Assembly: GCA_965263355.1 (NCBI GenBank)
Contig: CBDHHL010000056.1
Span: 2,272,001-2,336,000 of the forward strand
Reading direction: 5' to 3'
Source: Leptolyngbyaceae cyanobacterium
GTDB taxonomy: Bacteria > Cyanobacteriota > Cyanobacteriia > Phormidesmidales > Phormidesmidaceae
DNA: 64,000 bases
The position numbers were made by a program, and so were the translations under genes. Of this stretch, positions 1-9,622 are shown one piece after another. The notes under the pieces were generated by a model. It was not told where the DNA came from. It was given only the letters and a program-made list of their open reading frames with translations, and made no database searches. Every line of letters begins with the position of its first letter. Position 1 is the first letter of the stretch.

Positions 1-803
1 GCACTCACCGCCACGGTCACAAACAGTGCCACCATCATCAACTTTGGCTGACTAAATCCCGTATTCTTCACCGCCGCCGGAAAACTTTGGAGCAACAGCC
101 TTAAGCCCAAAGCTACCCCTGCCCCCGTGCCAAATATCCACGGCAGATTTGCCCATGGAATACTAGCATTGGTATCGTCTGCAGACGGAACGTTGGCAAC
201 CGTTTGATTCGGATTAATTTGCCGTAATATCCAGGCCGCCAACAAAAGCACCACCGTACCAATGGAAAATGCCGCCAGAGACCCTAAACCTAAAATAAAT
301 TCACTTGCCAAGGGAGCCATGGCCCCCGTTACGCCACCCACCATGGTCAATACACTAGCAGCTTGGGGTAAGTCCGATTCAAACGCATAGCGCCCGAGCA
401 AGGATAGGGCTGGACTCCGGAAAATAGTCATCGCCAACGCCCAGGCGACTAAGGCCACAGGCAACAACGGCTTAAGGGATATACCAACCAACACCAATAA
501 GGGAATCCCAAAAAAGCAAAAGGCCGCCACAATCATCCCCAGAGCAATCTGCGGAAAACGGCTACCCACCCAATGCTGACGCTGGTCAGAAAAGCTCCCC
601 ATCAGGGGTTCCATCACTGCGCCCAGAGCATTTTCAATCACAAGCAGTAAGGTGGCTAAACTAGCCGCAAACCCCAGAGCGACTAGCAAATCCTCCAGAT
701 ACAGGTTGTAAATCACCCAAGTCAGGGAAATCGCCCCTTGAACTGCGGCTAACCCTAACACCTGGAGCCAAAGAATTCGCTGTTCTACCGCTGCATTACT
801 CAT
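1..803 (-). CDS. MFS transporter, 3' end runs off the window
   Basis: Manual translation from ATG at 803: MSNAAVEQRILWLQVLGLAAVQGAISLTWVIYNLYL..., hydrophobic multi-TM pattern. Not in the ORF track because it is truncated at the window edge. Confidence 0.75.
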   Translation of the reverse strand, partial: MSNAAVEQRILWLQVLGLAAVQGAISLTWVIYNLYLEDLLVALGFAASLATLLLVIENALGAVMEPLMGSFSDQRQHWVGSRFPQIALGMIVAAFCFFGIPLLVLVGISLKPLLPVALVAWALAMTIFRSPALSLLGRYAFESDLPQAASVLTMVGGVTGAMAPLASEFILGLGSLAAFSIGTVVLLLAAWILRQINPNQTVANVPSADDTNASIPWANLPWIFGTGAGVALGLRLLLQSFPAAVKNTGFSQPKLMMVALFVTVAVS

Positions 804-855
804 AGCAACTCATCTAACTCATAAACCAATATACGGACATTTGACGCCATATCCC

Positions 856-894
856 TGCCTGTAGGGGTATGGCATGCAATGCCCCCTACAGGCA
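856..894. repeat. REP-like palindrome (GTAGGGG...CCCCTAC type)
   Basis: tgcctgtagggg-N15-cccctacaggca, perfect 12-bp arms, directly after the dctM stop codon. Confidence 0.6.
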
Positions 895-898
895 AAAT

Positions 899-2230
899 TC
901 ACCCGCTAATAGACGGCAACCAATTCACCAAACCTGGAAACGCAATAATGGCCACTAACACCAATAGCTGCAGTGCGATAAATGGCACCACACCGCGATA
1001 AATATTGCCCGTAGAGACCTCTTTCGGAGCTACCCCCCTGAGATAAAACAAAGCAAATCCAAAGGGCGGTGTCAAAAATGACGTTTGCATGTTGGCTCCA
1101 ATAATCACCCCGTACCACACCAGATCCATGCCCAACTGCTGAGCAACCGGAGCAAAGAGGGGAATCACGATAAAGGCAATCTCAAAGAAATCAATAAAGA
1201 AACCGAGGATAAAAATCGTCAGCATACTGACAATCAAAAAGCCAACATTGCCCCCTGGCAACTGGGTCAGCACATCAAAAATAAAGCTGTCCCCACGCAA
1301 ACCACGAAACACCAAGCTAAAGGCCGTCGACCCCAATAGGATAAAAATCACCATGGTCGTGGTTCGCAGGGTGCTGTCACACACGTCTCGCAAACTGCGG
1401 AAGGTTAGCTGTCGATTAAACGCCGCCAGCACCATCGCCCCCACCGCGCCTAAAGCCCCTGCCTCCGTCGGTGTAGCAATGCCAAAGAAAATGCTGCCGA
1501 GTACAAGCAAAATTAATACCAGTGGTGGCACCATCACCCTCAGTACCTTTAGCAGCAGGGCTTGACCACGGGTTTTTAGTAGCTCTGGGGGTAGCGCAGG
1601 CAGCAAATCGGGACGGCTGACGGCAATGATCACCACATGCACTACAAAGGCAGCGGCCATTAGTAGCCCAGGGATAAAAGAGCCTAAAAATAAATCACCA
1701 ACGGACACCCCTAGCTGATCGGCCAACACCACCAGTACAATGCTCGGTGGAATAATTTGGCCAAGGGTGCCTGATGCGGCAATAACTCCGGTCGCCACAT
1801 CTTTGTTGTAGCCGTAGCGCAACATCGTTGGCAGGGAAATTAAGCCCATGGTGACTACTGTTGCGGCTACCACACCAGTGGTGGCAGCGAGTAAGGCCCC
1901 TACGACAACAACTGCGATCGCTAATCCTCCCCGCAGTCGACCAAACAGGCTACCCATGGTTTCTAGCAGGTTTTCCGCAATGCCTGACTTCTCCAGCATG
2001 GCCCCCATAAAAATAAAATAGGGAATCGCCAGCAGGGTGAAATTATTCATGATGCCAAATATACGCTGGGGCATCGCCGTCATAAAGATGGGATCAAATA
2101 CCCCAAAGGCAATGCCCAATAGGCCAAATAAAATGGCCACTCCCCCAAGGGAAAAGGCCACCGGGTAGCCCAGGGACAAGAGTACCAACGCCCCCGCAAA
2201 CATTAAGGGTCCCAGCCAATCAATCAGCAT
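899..2230 (-). CDS. dctM: TRAP transporter large permease (DctM family)
   Basis: Motifs GTLGQIIPPSI and SFLTPPFG, many TM segments. Start probably MLIDWLGP at 2230. Confidence 0.9.
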   Translation of the reverse strand: MLIDWLGPLMFAGALVLLSLGYPVAFSLGGVAILFGLLGIAFGVFDPIFMTAMPQRIFGIMNNFTLLAIPYFIFMGAMLEKSGIAENLLETMGSLFGRLRGGLAIAVVVVGALLAATTGVVAATVVTMGLISLPTMLRYGYNKDVATGVIAASGTLGQIIPPSIVLVVLADQLGVSVGDLFLGSFIPGLLMAAAFVVHVVIIAVSRPDLLPALPPELLKTRGQALLLKVLRVMVPPLVLILLVLGSIFFGIATPTEAGALGAVGAMVLAAFNRQLTFRSLRDVCDSTLRTTTMVIFILLGSTAFSLVFRGLRGDSFIFDVLTQLPGGNVGFLIVSMLTIFILGFFIDFFEIAFIVIPLFAPVAQQLGMDLVWYGVIIGANMQTSFLTPPFGFALFYLRGVAPKEVSTGNIYRGVVPFIALQLLVLVAIIAFPGLVNWLPSISG

Positions 2231-2786
2231 CACCAGCCTCCCCATCTAGTGGTGCATCCTCCGCTGGTAAATGGCCAGAAAAAATGGCCCAATGTTTAAT
2301 CGCTTCTGAAATTCCCTGCAATATCAACAGCCCAAAGCTGACTAAAATCATCGCCTTAATCGGGTAACGGGGTAGACCGTTCGGATCGGGCGACATTTCC
2401 AAAATCTGCCACGATTTGATGACTGCGCCCCAGGAGAAATAAATCACCAGGGCAGAAAATGGAATGAGAAACAACACCGTCCCAATAAAATCTGCCAACG
2501 CTTTGTGCCGCCGAGACCAGCGATCATAAAACACATCCACTCGCACATGACCGCCCCTTTGCAGGGTGTAAGCAGCCCCCAGCAAAAAGACAATGTCAAA
2601 TAAGTACCATTGGGTTTCGATCAGAGCATTGGAACTGAGGTTTTGACCCACCAGATTACCGAGATAGCGACCAATGACATTCCAGGTGCCAACGCCAATC
2701 ATCGCCAGTACTAACCAGTAGGCGAACTTGCCGATTTGACGGGTAAATGCATCTATCTTGCGAGCGATAGAGAGTAAGGACTGCAA
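2220..2786 (-). CDS. dctQ: TRAP transporter small permease (DctQ family)
   Basis: Motif LGAAYTLQRGGHVRVD, 4 TM segments, overlaps the dctM start. Confidence 0.88.
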   Translation of the reverse strand: MQSLLSIARKIDAFTRQIGKFAYWLVLAMIGVGTWNVIGRYLGNLVGQNLSSNALIETQWYLFDIVFLLGAAYTLQRGGHVRVDVFYDRWSRRHKALADFIGTVLFLIPFSALVIYFSWGAVIKSWQILEMSPDPNGLPRYPIKAMILVSFGLLILQGISEAIKHWAIFSGHLPAEDAPLDGEAGDAD

Positions 2787-2844
2787 AGTGTTTAGCCTAT
2801 TTTCTACCGGGGTATTTTATACCGTTGTGATGGGTATGTAGGGT

Positions 2845-2852
2845 GCGATCGC
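2845..2852. repeat. HIP1 octamer GCGATCGC (example; more than 20 copies across the window)
   Basis: Recurs near 1914, 5447, 9254, 12357, 21087, 36876, 46080, 59012 and 61943, among others; cyanobacterial hallmark. Confidence 0.9.
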
Positions 2853-2951
2853 ACAATTTGCAACGTTTTTACTCACCAGTCACCGAGCATATTTTCGGTT
2901 GATCAGTCTACCCAAAGCCAGGATAAGGATATGGTAAAGGGCACGATAATC

Positions 2952-3449
2952 TTACCAGCCCATTGTTCCAGGCTCCCCTTTAAAGGGACCTGCTAAATCT
3001 TGAGTAATCCATCCGCCATAGTAACTGCCAGCCTGAGGGATAGCCAATTCTCCATTAACGTAGCACGCATCCATTTGTCGAGCTGGAAAACAGTAATATT
3101 GAGTGAGCGGTACAAAATCTGGCGTTGGCTCAAAAAACCTCCAAGCTCCACGGGAAGCTCGTTGCTCGCCTACAACAACATCGTAATAATATGACATCCC
3201 CTTCCATTCGCAAAAAGAAACATCTCCTGTATGAATCACACAGTCAAGATCAACGTCAGATTCAGGAAAGTAATAGGTGGGCGGATGGCTCGTTTCAAGG
3301 ACGCGTTTGCCCTGATGCGTCTCAGCAATAACCACGCCGTTAAAAACAACTTTTAGGTACTTATTAGTATCTTCCCAGCGAGCAGGACGAGGATAATCCC
3401 ATACAGATTCTTGACCAGGCTGAGGCGGAATTGGAGTAGGTCGTATCAT
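2952..3449 (-). CDS. DUF427 domain protein
   Basis: ESVWDYPRP, RVLETSHPPTYY and CEWKG motifs. Likely start MIRPTP at 3449. Confidence 0.8.
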   Translation of the reverse strand: MIRPTPIPPQPGQESVWDYPRPARWEDTNKYLKVVFNGVVIAETHQGKRVLETSHPPTYYFPESDVDLDCVIHTGDVSFCEWKGMSYYYDVVVGEQRASRGAWRFFEPTPDFVPLTQYYCFPARQMDACYVNGELAIPQAGSYYGGWITQDLAGPFKGEPGTMGW

Positions 3450-3480
3450 TGATTGTGTGTTTTTAGTCTTGCTTAGCAGA

Positions 3481-4839
3481 TTATAATTGGCTTTCAATTT
3501 TCTTGAAAACCCAATCAGGGATACTATGCTCTGTGGAGTAGACCTGATTGTATTTCTGCTCAAGCTGTTCCCAATTAATTGTGTCGTCTGCTAGCACCTC
3601 TTTTTCAAAGACATCTAAAGCGATTCCTGACAAGCCTTTCTCTAGACATCGCTTCATCGCCAGTCGGCTTTCATCAATTTCACCAATACACTCAAAAGGT
3701 GTATGTTCTGCTAATCCAATCATTTCTCGGAACGTTGGCAACAGGTCTTCATCATTAAACAGATTCACTCCAAATACAGCGTCCACCAAGGTCGAATCGA
3801 AGGTAGCCATTAATCCCAGCCAAACATAGGCACACTTGGGACATTTTTTACACCATGGCTTCTGAATATTACAAGAATGAATGTGCGGCAACAATTCTGG
3901 ATACTGGGCGAGTTTCTTGAAGATACGAATATCATAAATAGGTTGCAAAATACTAAAATAGTTAAAGTTGGCCAGCAGATGGGTTTGAATAAAATCATTT
4001 AGAACTTTTTCAGCTTCATACCCTTTGCCCCATTGATGATTGACCTCCTGATCCAGATCTTGCCAGAACAAGTTGCCTGTGTTGGCACTTTTTTCATGGG
4101 CAAGGCAAAGATGCTGATATCCATGAGCAAGCATCAGGGGTAGCGATTCAAAAATAGATACTGGGGTTTCTGGGACAGTAATTCCTGAATTTTCGGGAAA
4201 GTAAAGTTCAAATAGAGGATAATCCAAGAAATCATCGTATATGGAAATCCGATGACGTTGGATTGGGGCCATATGGGACACGACTTGATCAATCAGTTTG
4301 TGCTGAAAATCTGCCTTGCCATAGACACTGTGGGAGTACTGCATTGAGGCAAAGGCAATGTCAGATTCTTGCAAAAGCTTGAGGGCAACTGCACTGTCTT
4401 TTCCACCGCCACAAGCCGCAAGAATAGTATCATAACTACCAGAGATGGTAAATGATCGCTGCTGCGCTAAAGAGACACCAGGATAAACCATGGTTGGCCC
4501 TAGATAGTCGGTGACATTATTTTCATACCAATGTTGTCCGAAGACCCCTTGATAAATACTGGCAAATAGTTCTAATGCCGCAGGCTCAAGGTGTTCTGCA
4601 ATGAGACCGATGTCATAAGTTTTTGGAAACAGAGAACAAAGCTTCATTCCTTCGAACAGAGCAATGTAAGCAACGATTCGATCAATGTTTCCTTGGGTGT
4701 ATTTGCGAATCAGGTCAGGGAAAGAAACATCGTGATAAAACACCTTTGTTGAAAAGTGCAGGCGATCAGCACTATACTTCAAATCTAAGTGATAAGGATG
4801 AGTGATGACCTGACAAATTTTGATCGCTTCAACTCTCAT
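3481..4839 (-). CDS. MurL-like PP-loop ATP-dependent protein (related to UDP-MurNAc-L-Ala-L-Glu epimerase)
   Basis: GGGKDS PP-loop, HEKSA, NHQWGKG, HSCN, WCKKCPKC and PFECIG motifs recalled from the MurL family. Confidence 0.6.
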   Translation of the reverse strand: MRVEAIKICQVITHPYHLDLKYSADRLHFSTKVFYHDVSFPDLIRKYTQGNIDRIVAYIALFEGMKLCSLFPKTYDIGLIAEHLEPAALELFASIYQGVFGQHWYENNVTDYLGPTMVYPGVSLAQQRSFTISGSYDTILAACGGGKDSAVALKLLQESDIAFASMQYSHSVYGKADFQHKLIDQVVSHMAPIQRHRISIYDDFLDYPLFELYFPENSGITVPETPVSIFESLPLMLAHGYQHLCLAHEKSANTGNLFWQDLDQEVNHQWGKGYEAEKVLNDFIQTHLLANFNYFSILQPIYDIRIFKKLAQYPELLPHIHSCNIQKPWCKKCPKCAYVWLGLMATFDSTLVDAVFGVNLFNDEDLLPTFREMIGLAEHTPFECIGEIDESRLAMKRCLEKGLSGIALDVFEKEVLADDTINWEQLEQKYNQVYSTEHSIPDWVFKKIESQL

Positions 4840-4996
4840 AAGTGGTTATAAATCATCTTTCATCAGCTAGCTAAATCGGGTCACCGAATTTGGAACCGCT
4901 ATGACAAAATCAGTGCCTTAGTGTGGCAGAGTTCTATTCGGCAAACTATTCGAATCTATTCTATGTCAGAGGTTTACTGTGCCGGATAGCTCACGA

Positions 4997-6029
4997 TCAA
5001 ACCCTTTGCGCCAATATCAAACCAAACCACCGCTGCTCATCGGTAAAAGTTTTCAATACCTTTAATCTGTTGGAAGTTAGCTGTTGTTGAATTTCAGCCG
5101 GGTCAAACTTGCGAGAAATTTCGCTCAGCAAACGCTCTCCTTTTGAAAACTGGACTGTCAAATCCAATTTTTTCAAGGGTAACAGTTTGCGTTTGTTGAC
5201 TCTCCAAATACATTTCAATCCGATGCTCTTCAGAGTTATAAATAGCCTGATGGTGAAACTGATCTAGACAAAAATCACCGTCATAGCGATAGTTGAGATG
5301 CCGCAACATGTTGAGATTAAACATCGCTGTGACCTCCTGGGCATCGTTATAAGCCGCTTCTACTATGGCAATATCTTTCTGCAAATCTACCCCTAGTAAA
5401 AAGAAGTGACCTAAGTCAAGGGCACTGCTTACTTGCCGCAAAAAGCGATCGCATTGGTCAGGCGATAAATTTCCCAAGGTGCTGCCAATAAACATCACCA
5501 TACGTGTGGCTAACTGAGTCTCTGGCAAAGACTGTAGGGCTGGTTTATAAGTGCCGACCAGGCCATGTATGCTAAGCCTTGGATAATCGTACAGCAGTTG
5601 TTCGGAGCTAGCTTGGAGCATCGTCCCACTGACATCCACAGGTACGTAGCGCAAGGGTAAACCATTCGCCTGATAAGCATCTAATAAAATACGAGTTTTA
5701 GTTGCACTACCACTGCCTAATTCCACCAATTCACAGGCACCAGTCAACTGGGTAATCTCATGGGCATAGCGATGAAAAATAGCCGATTCTGTGCGAGTAG
5801 GATAATACTCCGGCAGTGCACAAATTTTCTCAAACAACTCGGAGCCGAGCCGATCATAAAAATATTTTGGGGGTAAAGATTTGGGTGTTTTAGTGAGGCC
5901 CTCAACTACATCCTGTCCATCAACAGTAACCGCCAAAGCAGCCTCATTGTCTAGATCTTGAATGTGTAAGCGAGTAGATGCGGGAATGCTGCGAGGGCAA
6001 TCAACTGCAGAAGAAGTCATAGCAATCAA
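4997..6029 (-). pseudogene. egtD: L-histidine N-alpha-methyltransferase EgtD, frameshifted (real or sequencing error)
   Basis: LPPKYFYD, ELGSG and FIGSTLGN motifs in ORF 5103-6029. The conserved C-terminus (SEISRKF...WFGL) is in ORF 4997-5218. One extra base in the T6 run at 5168-5173. Confidence 0.85.
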
Positions 6030-6088
6030 AAATCAACAGAGATAGTTTAGCTTGAAATGTTACGTCTTCTTTACAGGATAAACCTGTA

Positions 6089-7342
6089 CTACAACGCGCA
6101 ACGGAACCCCATAAATAGCTCCCTGACGTGAGGTTCGTACCAGTTACGAAAGCTGGGCCGCAGCGCCCAGGGCCGTGTGGCCCAACTTCCTCCCCGCAGC
6201 ACCCGGTGACCATCATCGAAATAAACTGCCGAGTATCCTTGGTAAGGATATGCCTGAAAACCAGGATAGGGACGAAACCAGCTATCGGTCCATTCCCAGA
6301 CGTTCCCTAGCAGGTCATAACACCCGTAGTCACTCACCGCCTGGTTAGATTCCCCCACAGGACTGGTATAGCCGAGACGATGATCGCAGTTAATCTGCGC
6401 TAGCAGCTTAGGTAATTTTGCCCTTAATCCCTTCGCCGCCAGTGCCCACTCTGCCTCTGTTGGCAGCCGTTTGCCAACAAATCGGGCATAGGCACTAGCT
6501 TCGTACCAATTCACACCACACACCGGATGATAACTAAAGGCCGCGATATCATGACTGGGCCAATATAAAGGCTGACTCACCTGGCTCGACTGTAACCACC
6601 GCCAACCCTCACTACACCACCACTGCCGATCTTGATACCCTGATGCTGCTATGAACGCTTCATACTGACTACAGGTAACAGGCACCCGGTCGATCTGATA
6701 CGATTTCATCTCCACCCAGTGGGCAGGTCGTTCGTTATCAAAAGCAATGTCGGCCTCAGGCAGGTTAGAGGCCAGCCCCATCTGTACAGACTGTCCGGGA
6801 ATCTTGACCATGCCAACCGTTTCTGGGGAAAGCTTATTCCCAGTCTGAGCCACAGGCTGTCGCAAAGGTGTTTTGTGCCCCTGGGTTTGATGCAGGGCCA
6901 TCACCAAAGATATCGTTTCATTATGCTGGCACTCATGCTGGATCAACCAGTGCCAGAGACGTCTCTGGTCACTTAAGGGGGCACTCTCAAAATACGCCAA
7001 GGTCCGTTGACGAATATCTTCCAGAAAGATTAATAATTCGTCTAAACTCGGAAGCAATTGCCGTTGAGCTTTGGGCAAGCCATCCGCCGCAAACAGCTTC
7101 TCGTAGTGGGTATAGGGAGATGACTGCTGAGCTAGATGTTCTAAAACCCACAGCGACTCAGTGAAGGCGATATGTCCTAAATGCCAACCCACAGGACTAA
7201 AATCAGGGTGAGCCTGTTGTTGCAACACTCGTTTGCTAATACCTTGCACCAGTGTCAAAGTTCTGTCACGACATTGCTGCAGCGTATTTTTAAGGTAGTC
7301 ACGTAATTGCGCCTCATCCATCGAGCCAGTAATAGGAAACAT
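6089..7342 (-). CDS. egtB: Ergothioneine sulfoxide synthase EgtB (DinB_2 + FGE-sulfatase)
   Basis: SPVGWHLGH, HECQH iron-binding motif, RLPTEAEW, GNVWEW, GFRC; adjacent to egtD. Confidence 0.85.
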   Translation of the reverse strand: MFPITGSMDEAQLRDYLKNTLQQCRDRTLTLVQGISKRVLQQQAHPDFSPVGWHLGHIAFTESLWVLEHLAQQSSPYTHYEKLFAADGLPKAQRQLLPSLDELLIFLEDIRQRTLAYFESAPLSDQRRLWHWLIQHECQHNETISLVMALHQTQGHKTPLRQPVAQTGNKLSPETVGMVKIPGQSVQMGLASNLPEADIAFDNERPAHWVEMKSYQIDRVPVTCSQYEAFIAASGYQDRQWWCSEGWRWLQSSQVSQPLYWPSHDIAAFSYHPVCGVNWYEASAYARFVGKRLPTEAEWALAAKGLRAKLPKLLAQINCDHRLGYTSPVGESNQAVSDYGCYDLLGNVWEWTDSWFRPYPGFQAYPYQGYSAVYFDDGHRVLRGGSWATRPWALRPSFRNWYEPHVRELFMGFRCAL

Positions 7343-7528
7343 AAGAGAAGTCTTAAAGAAAAGACATTAAAGACATTGATGAATCGTTAATCTCACGAAT
7401 GAGTAACAATAACCTCACAAGCATCGTAACCAAAGATTTTTACCGACTACAGAAGAAGATTTTCAGACGATTGAAATTTTCTCCATTAAGAAAGTTCCCT
7501 CTAAACTAAGTTACTTGCTAGCGTCTGC

Positions 7529-7768
7529 TTATTCACTACAAGTAAGTGTAGATGCAACTGTAGAGACAATCCGAAATTTATCCTGAGCTGAGAATCGATA
7601 CAACAAAACCTGCAAAGCAGCCAAAAGCAAGGTACCTAAAGACACTCCAGCAGAAAATGCTAACTGGCAAGGGATGGAGTCAGAGACTGAGACAACTTTA
7701 AGGTGTTTTTCGAATGATGATATGACGTAAATTGGACAGGGCTTGGAGACAAACTCAGTGTCGAAAAA
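7529..7768 (-). pseudogene. Start-less remnant resembling an NRPS condensation-domain segment
   Basis: Open frame reads ...AGVSLGTLLLAALQVLLYRFSAQDKFRIVSTVA..., similar to the C-domain consensus GxTLFMxLLAAFQVLLYRYSGQxDI. Confidence 0.45.
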
Positions 7769-8049
7769 CTATCCACTCGATTACACCTCTATATGCCTAA
7801 GTATTAAGTATTTTAAATGCTAATATTGCTCGATAGCAGGCAAGGATAAAAGTATAGGTTGCAATTAATCAGTTCGTCTGTAAAGAACAACTATCTACCT
7901 CCGTAAATGCAACAGATAAGCTAATTCTATATGGAAGAAATTTTATGGAAATATTTTAGGTATACAGACTTAAAGATCCATAATCACAGTCATTCATTGG
8001 TAAAGAATGCTGGAATTGCCTCTCGTGATAGTTTCAAAACATGAAATCA

Positions 8050-8844
8050 TCAGGAAGCGCGATTAAATTGACGAATATGAGGTTGCAGATCGTTAGCAGC
8101 AACCGTCAGGCTATGGGACTGGGCTAGGGGCTCCCAATCATCGACGAACAAAGGTTCAGAAGCCAGAATAACGCCCTTAGGTTGACGTAGCAAGTAAAAC
8201 GAAGGGGCCTGGGCCTGGTTATCAAAACGGCAAGCTACCAGTTTTTGACCATCGCTCAACACAATCGTCCCCGATACCCTCACATCATATTTATTGGCTA
8301 AAGATTGAATCATGACAATCGCTTGCTCCAACGCTCCCAACAATTCCAACTGAGGATCTAGCTCTAGCAAATGGGTAATCAGGGCAAAAATATGTTCAGA
8401 GTCAGTCAAACCATAAATATTTTGATAAGCGACATCGCCAATCAGATCCCGCATAGGACGATAGAGCGTCTGACGAAATTTCTCGATCCAACCGTTATGG
8501 ATAAATAGCAGCTGACCATGGCGAAACGGCTGACAATTACTAAAGTCCAGCGGTAAACCCGGCGTAGCACTACGAATATTGGCAACAAAGGAGCGAGCAC
8601 GAATGTAGCGACACAGATGAGGTAAGTTCGCATCATTCCAAATAGGTAATACATTGCGATAGATAAACGGCTCCGCCATCAGATCGTCAGGATGATGCCA
8701 GCCTAGGCCAAACCCATCTGCATTTAGCAAGGCAATTTGTAATTCTTTGGGTTGATAGCTTTGAACAACTAATGAATGTTTGGGTTTAAATATAAGCTCT
8801 TCAAGGGGGATAGACGCTCCTAAATACGCAAGTAAACGACACAT
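8050..8844 (-). CDS. egtC: EgtC, Ntn-hydrolase (class II glutamine amidotransferase family)
   Basis: MCRLLAYLG with N-terminal Cys nucleophile (start 8844), NADGFG, NCQPF, HNG, TDSEH. Confidence 0.85.
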   Translation of the reverse strand: MCRLLAYLGASIPLEELIFKPKHSLVVQSYQPKELQIALLNADGFGLGWHHPDDLMAEPFIYRNVLPIWNDANLPHLCRYIRARSFVANIRSATPGLPLDFSNCQPFRHGQLLFIHNGWIEKFRQTLYRPMRDLIGDVAYQNIYGLTDSEHIFALITHLLELDPQLELLGALEQAIVMIQSLANKYDVRVSGTIVLSDGQKLVACRFDNQAQAPSFYLLRQPKGVILASEPLFVDDWEPLAQSHSLTVAANDLQPHIRQFNRAS

Positions 8845-8898
8845 GATAAGGGATAAAAGAATGATCAGCATCCCCCTAGACGCCACTCAGGGGATATC

Positions 8899-9282
8899 TT
8901 AATTGGTTGTCAATGAGAAGGCAGCAGTCGCTAACAATCCCCAACCAATAATCAGAGCCAGTCCACCAATTGGCGTCACGGCTCCTAACACCTTAATTCC
9001 AGATAGACTCAGACCGTAAAGGCTACCAGAAAAGATCATAATCCCCATCAGAAATGCCCAACTTGCGTAAGTCAACCAGCTATTGGTCGGAAGTTGTAAC
9101 CACAGCAGCCCTACCAGCAATAAAGCCAGGGAATGATATATCTGGTAGCGTACGCCTAACTCAAACGTAGCTAAGGCCTTTTCGGTCAGCTGCGCTTTGA
9201 GTGCATGGGCACCAAAGGCACCGCCTGCCACAGATAAGCCACCTAAGATGGATGCGATCGCAATACACAAACGAGGATTCAT
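8899..9282 (-). CDS. DUF423 (YgdD/TMEM256) membrane protein
   Basis: GAFGAH, YQIYH, FSGSLY and LGAVTPIGG motifs. Confidence 0.85.
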   Translation of the reverse strand: MNPRLCIAIASILGGLSVAGGAFGAHALKAQLTEKALATFELGVRYQIYHSLALLLVGLLWLQLPTNSWLTYASWAFLMGIMIFSGSLYGLSLSGIKVLGAVTPIGGLALIIGWGLLATAAFSLTTN

Positions 9283-9622
9283 AGGTGCACACAGAAAATA
9301 AACCTCTTTTAGGGTAACAATGCCCCACTATCTTGTCCGAGGGATTATTGACATCGATCAAGACAGTACTCGCTTTAATCTCATTACTCTGGTGGGCACA
9401 GTCAATGCCCCCTCGATTCGGGACTGACATCTCTGAACAACAATATTGACTTCCCCCTTCTCACCAGCTTCTTAAGAATAGTCCTGCGGCTAATGCTGGC
9501 AATAATGCAGTCGCTACCACAAGCAATCCCATGGATAGTCAAGATTGTTCGCTGTGACTCTGCCCCCCAGAATTGGGGGTGCAGCAGGACCACGCATTAC
9601 CACAAGATTACTATCAGATCCC

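Noticed and set aside
9562..9582. CCCCCAGAATTGGGGG mini-palindrome
   Set aside because: Looks like a common cyanobacterial short dispersed repeat; a single degenerate copy here with no further support
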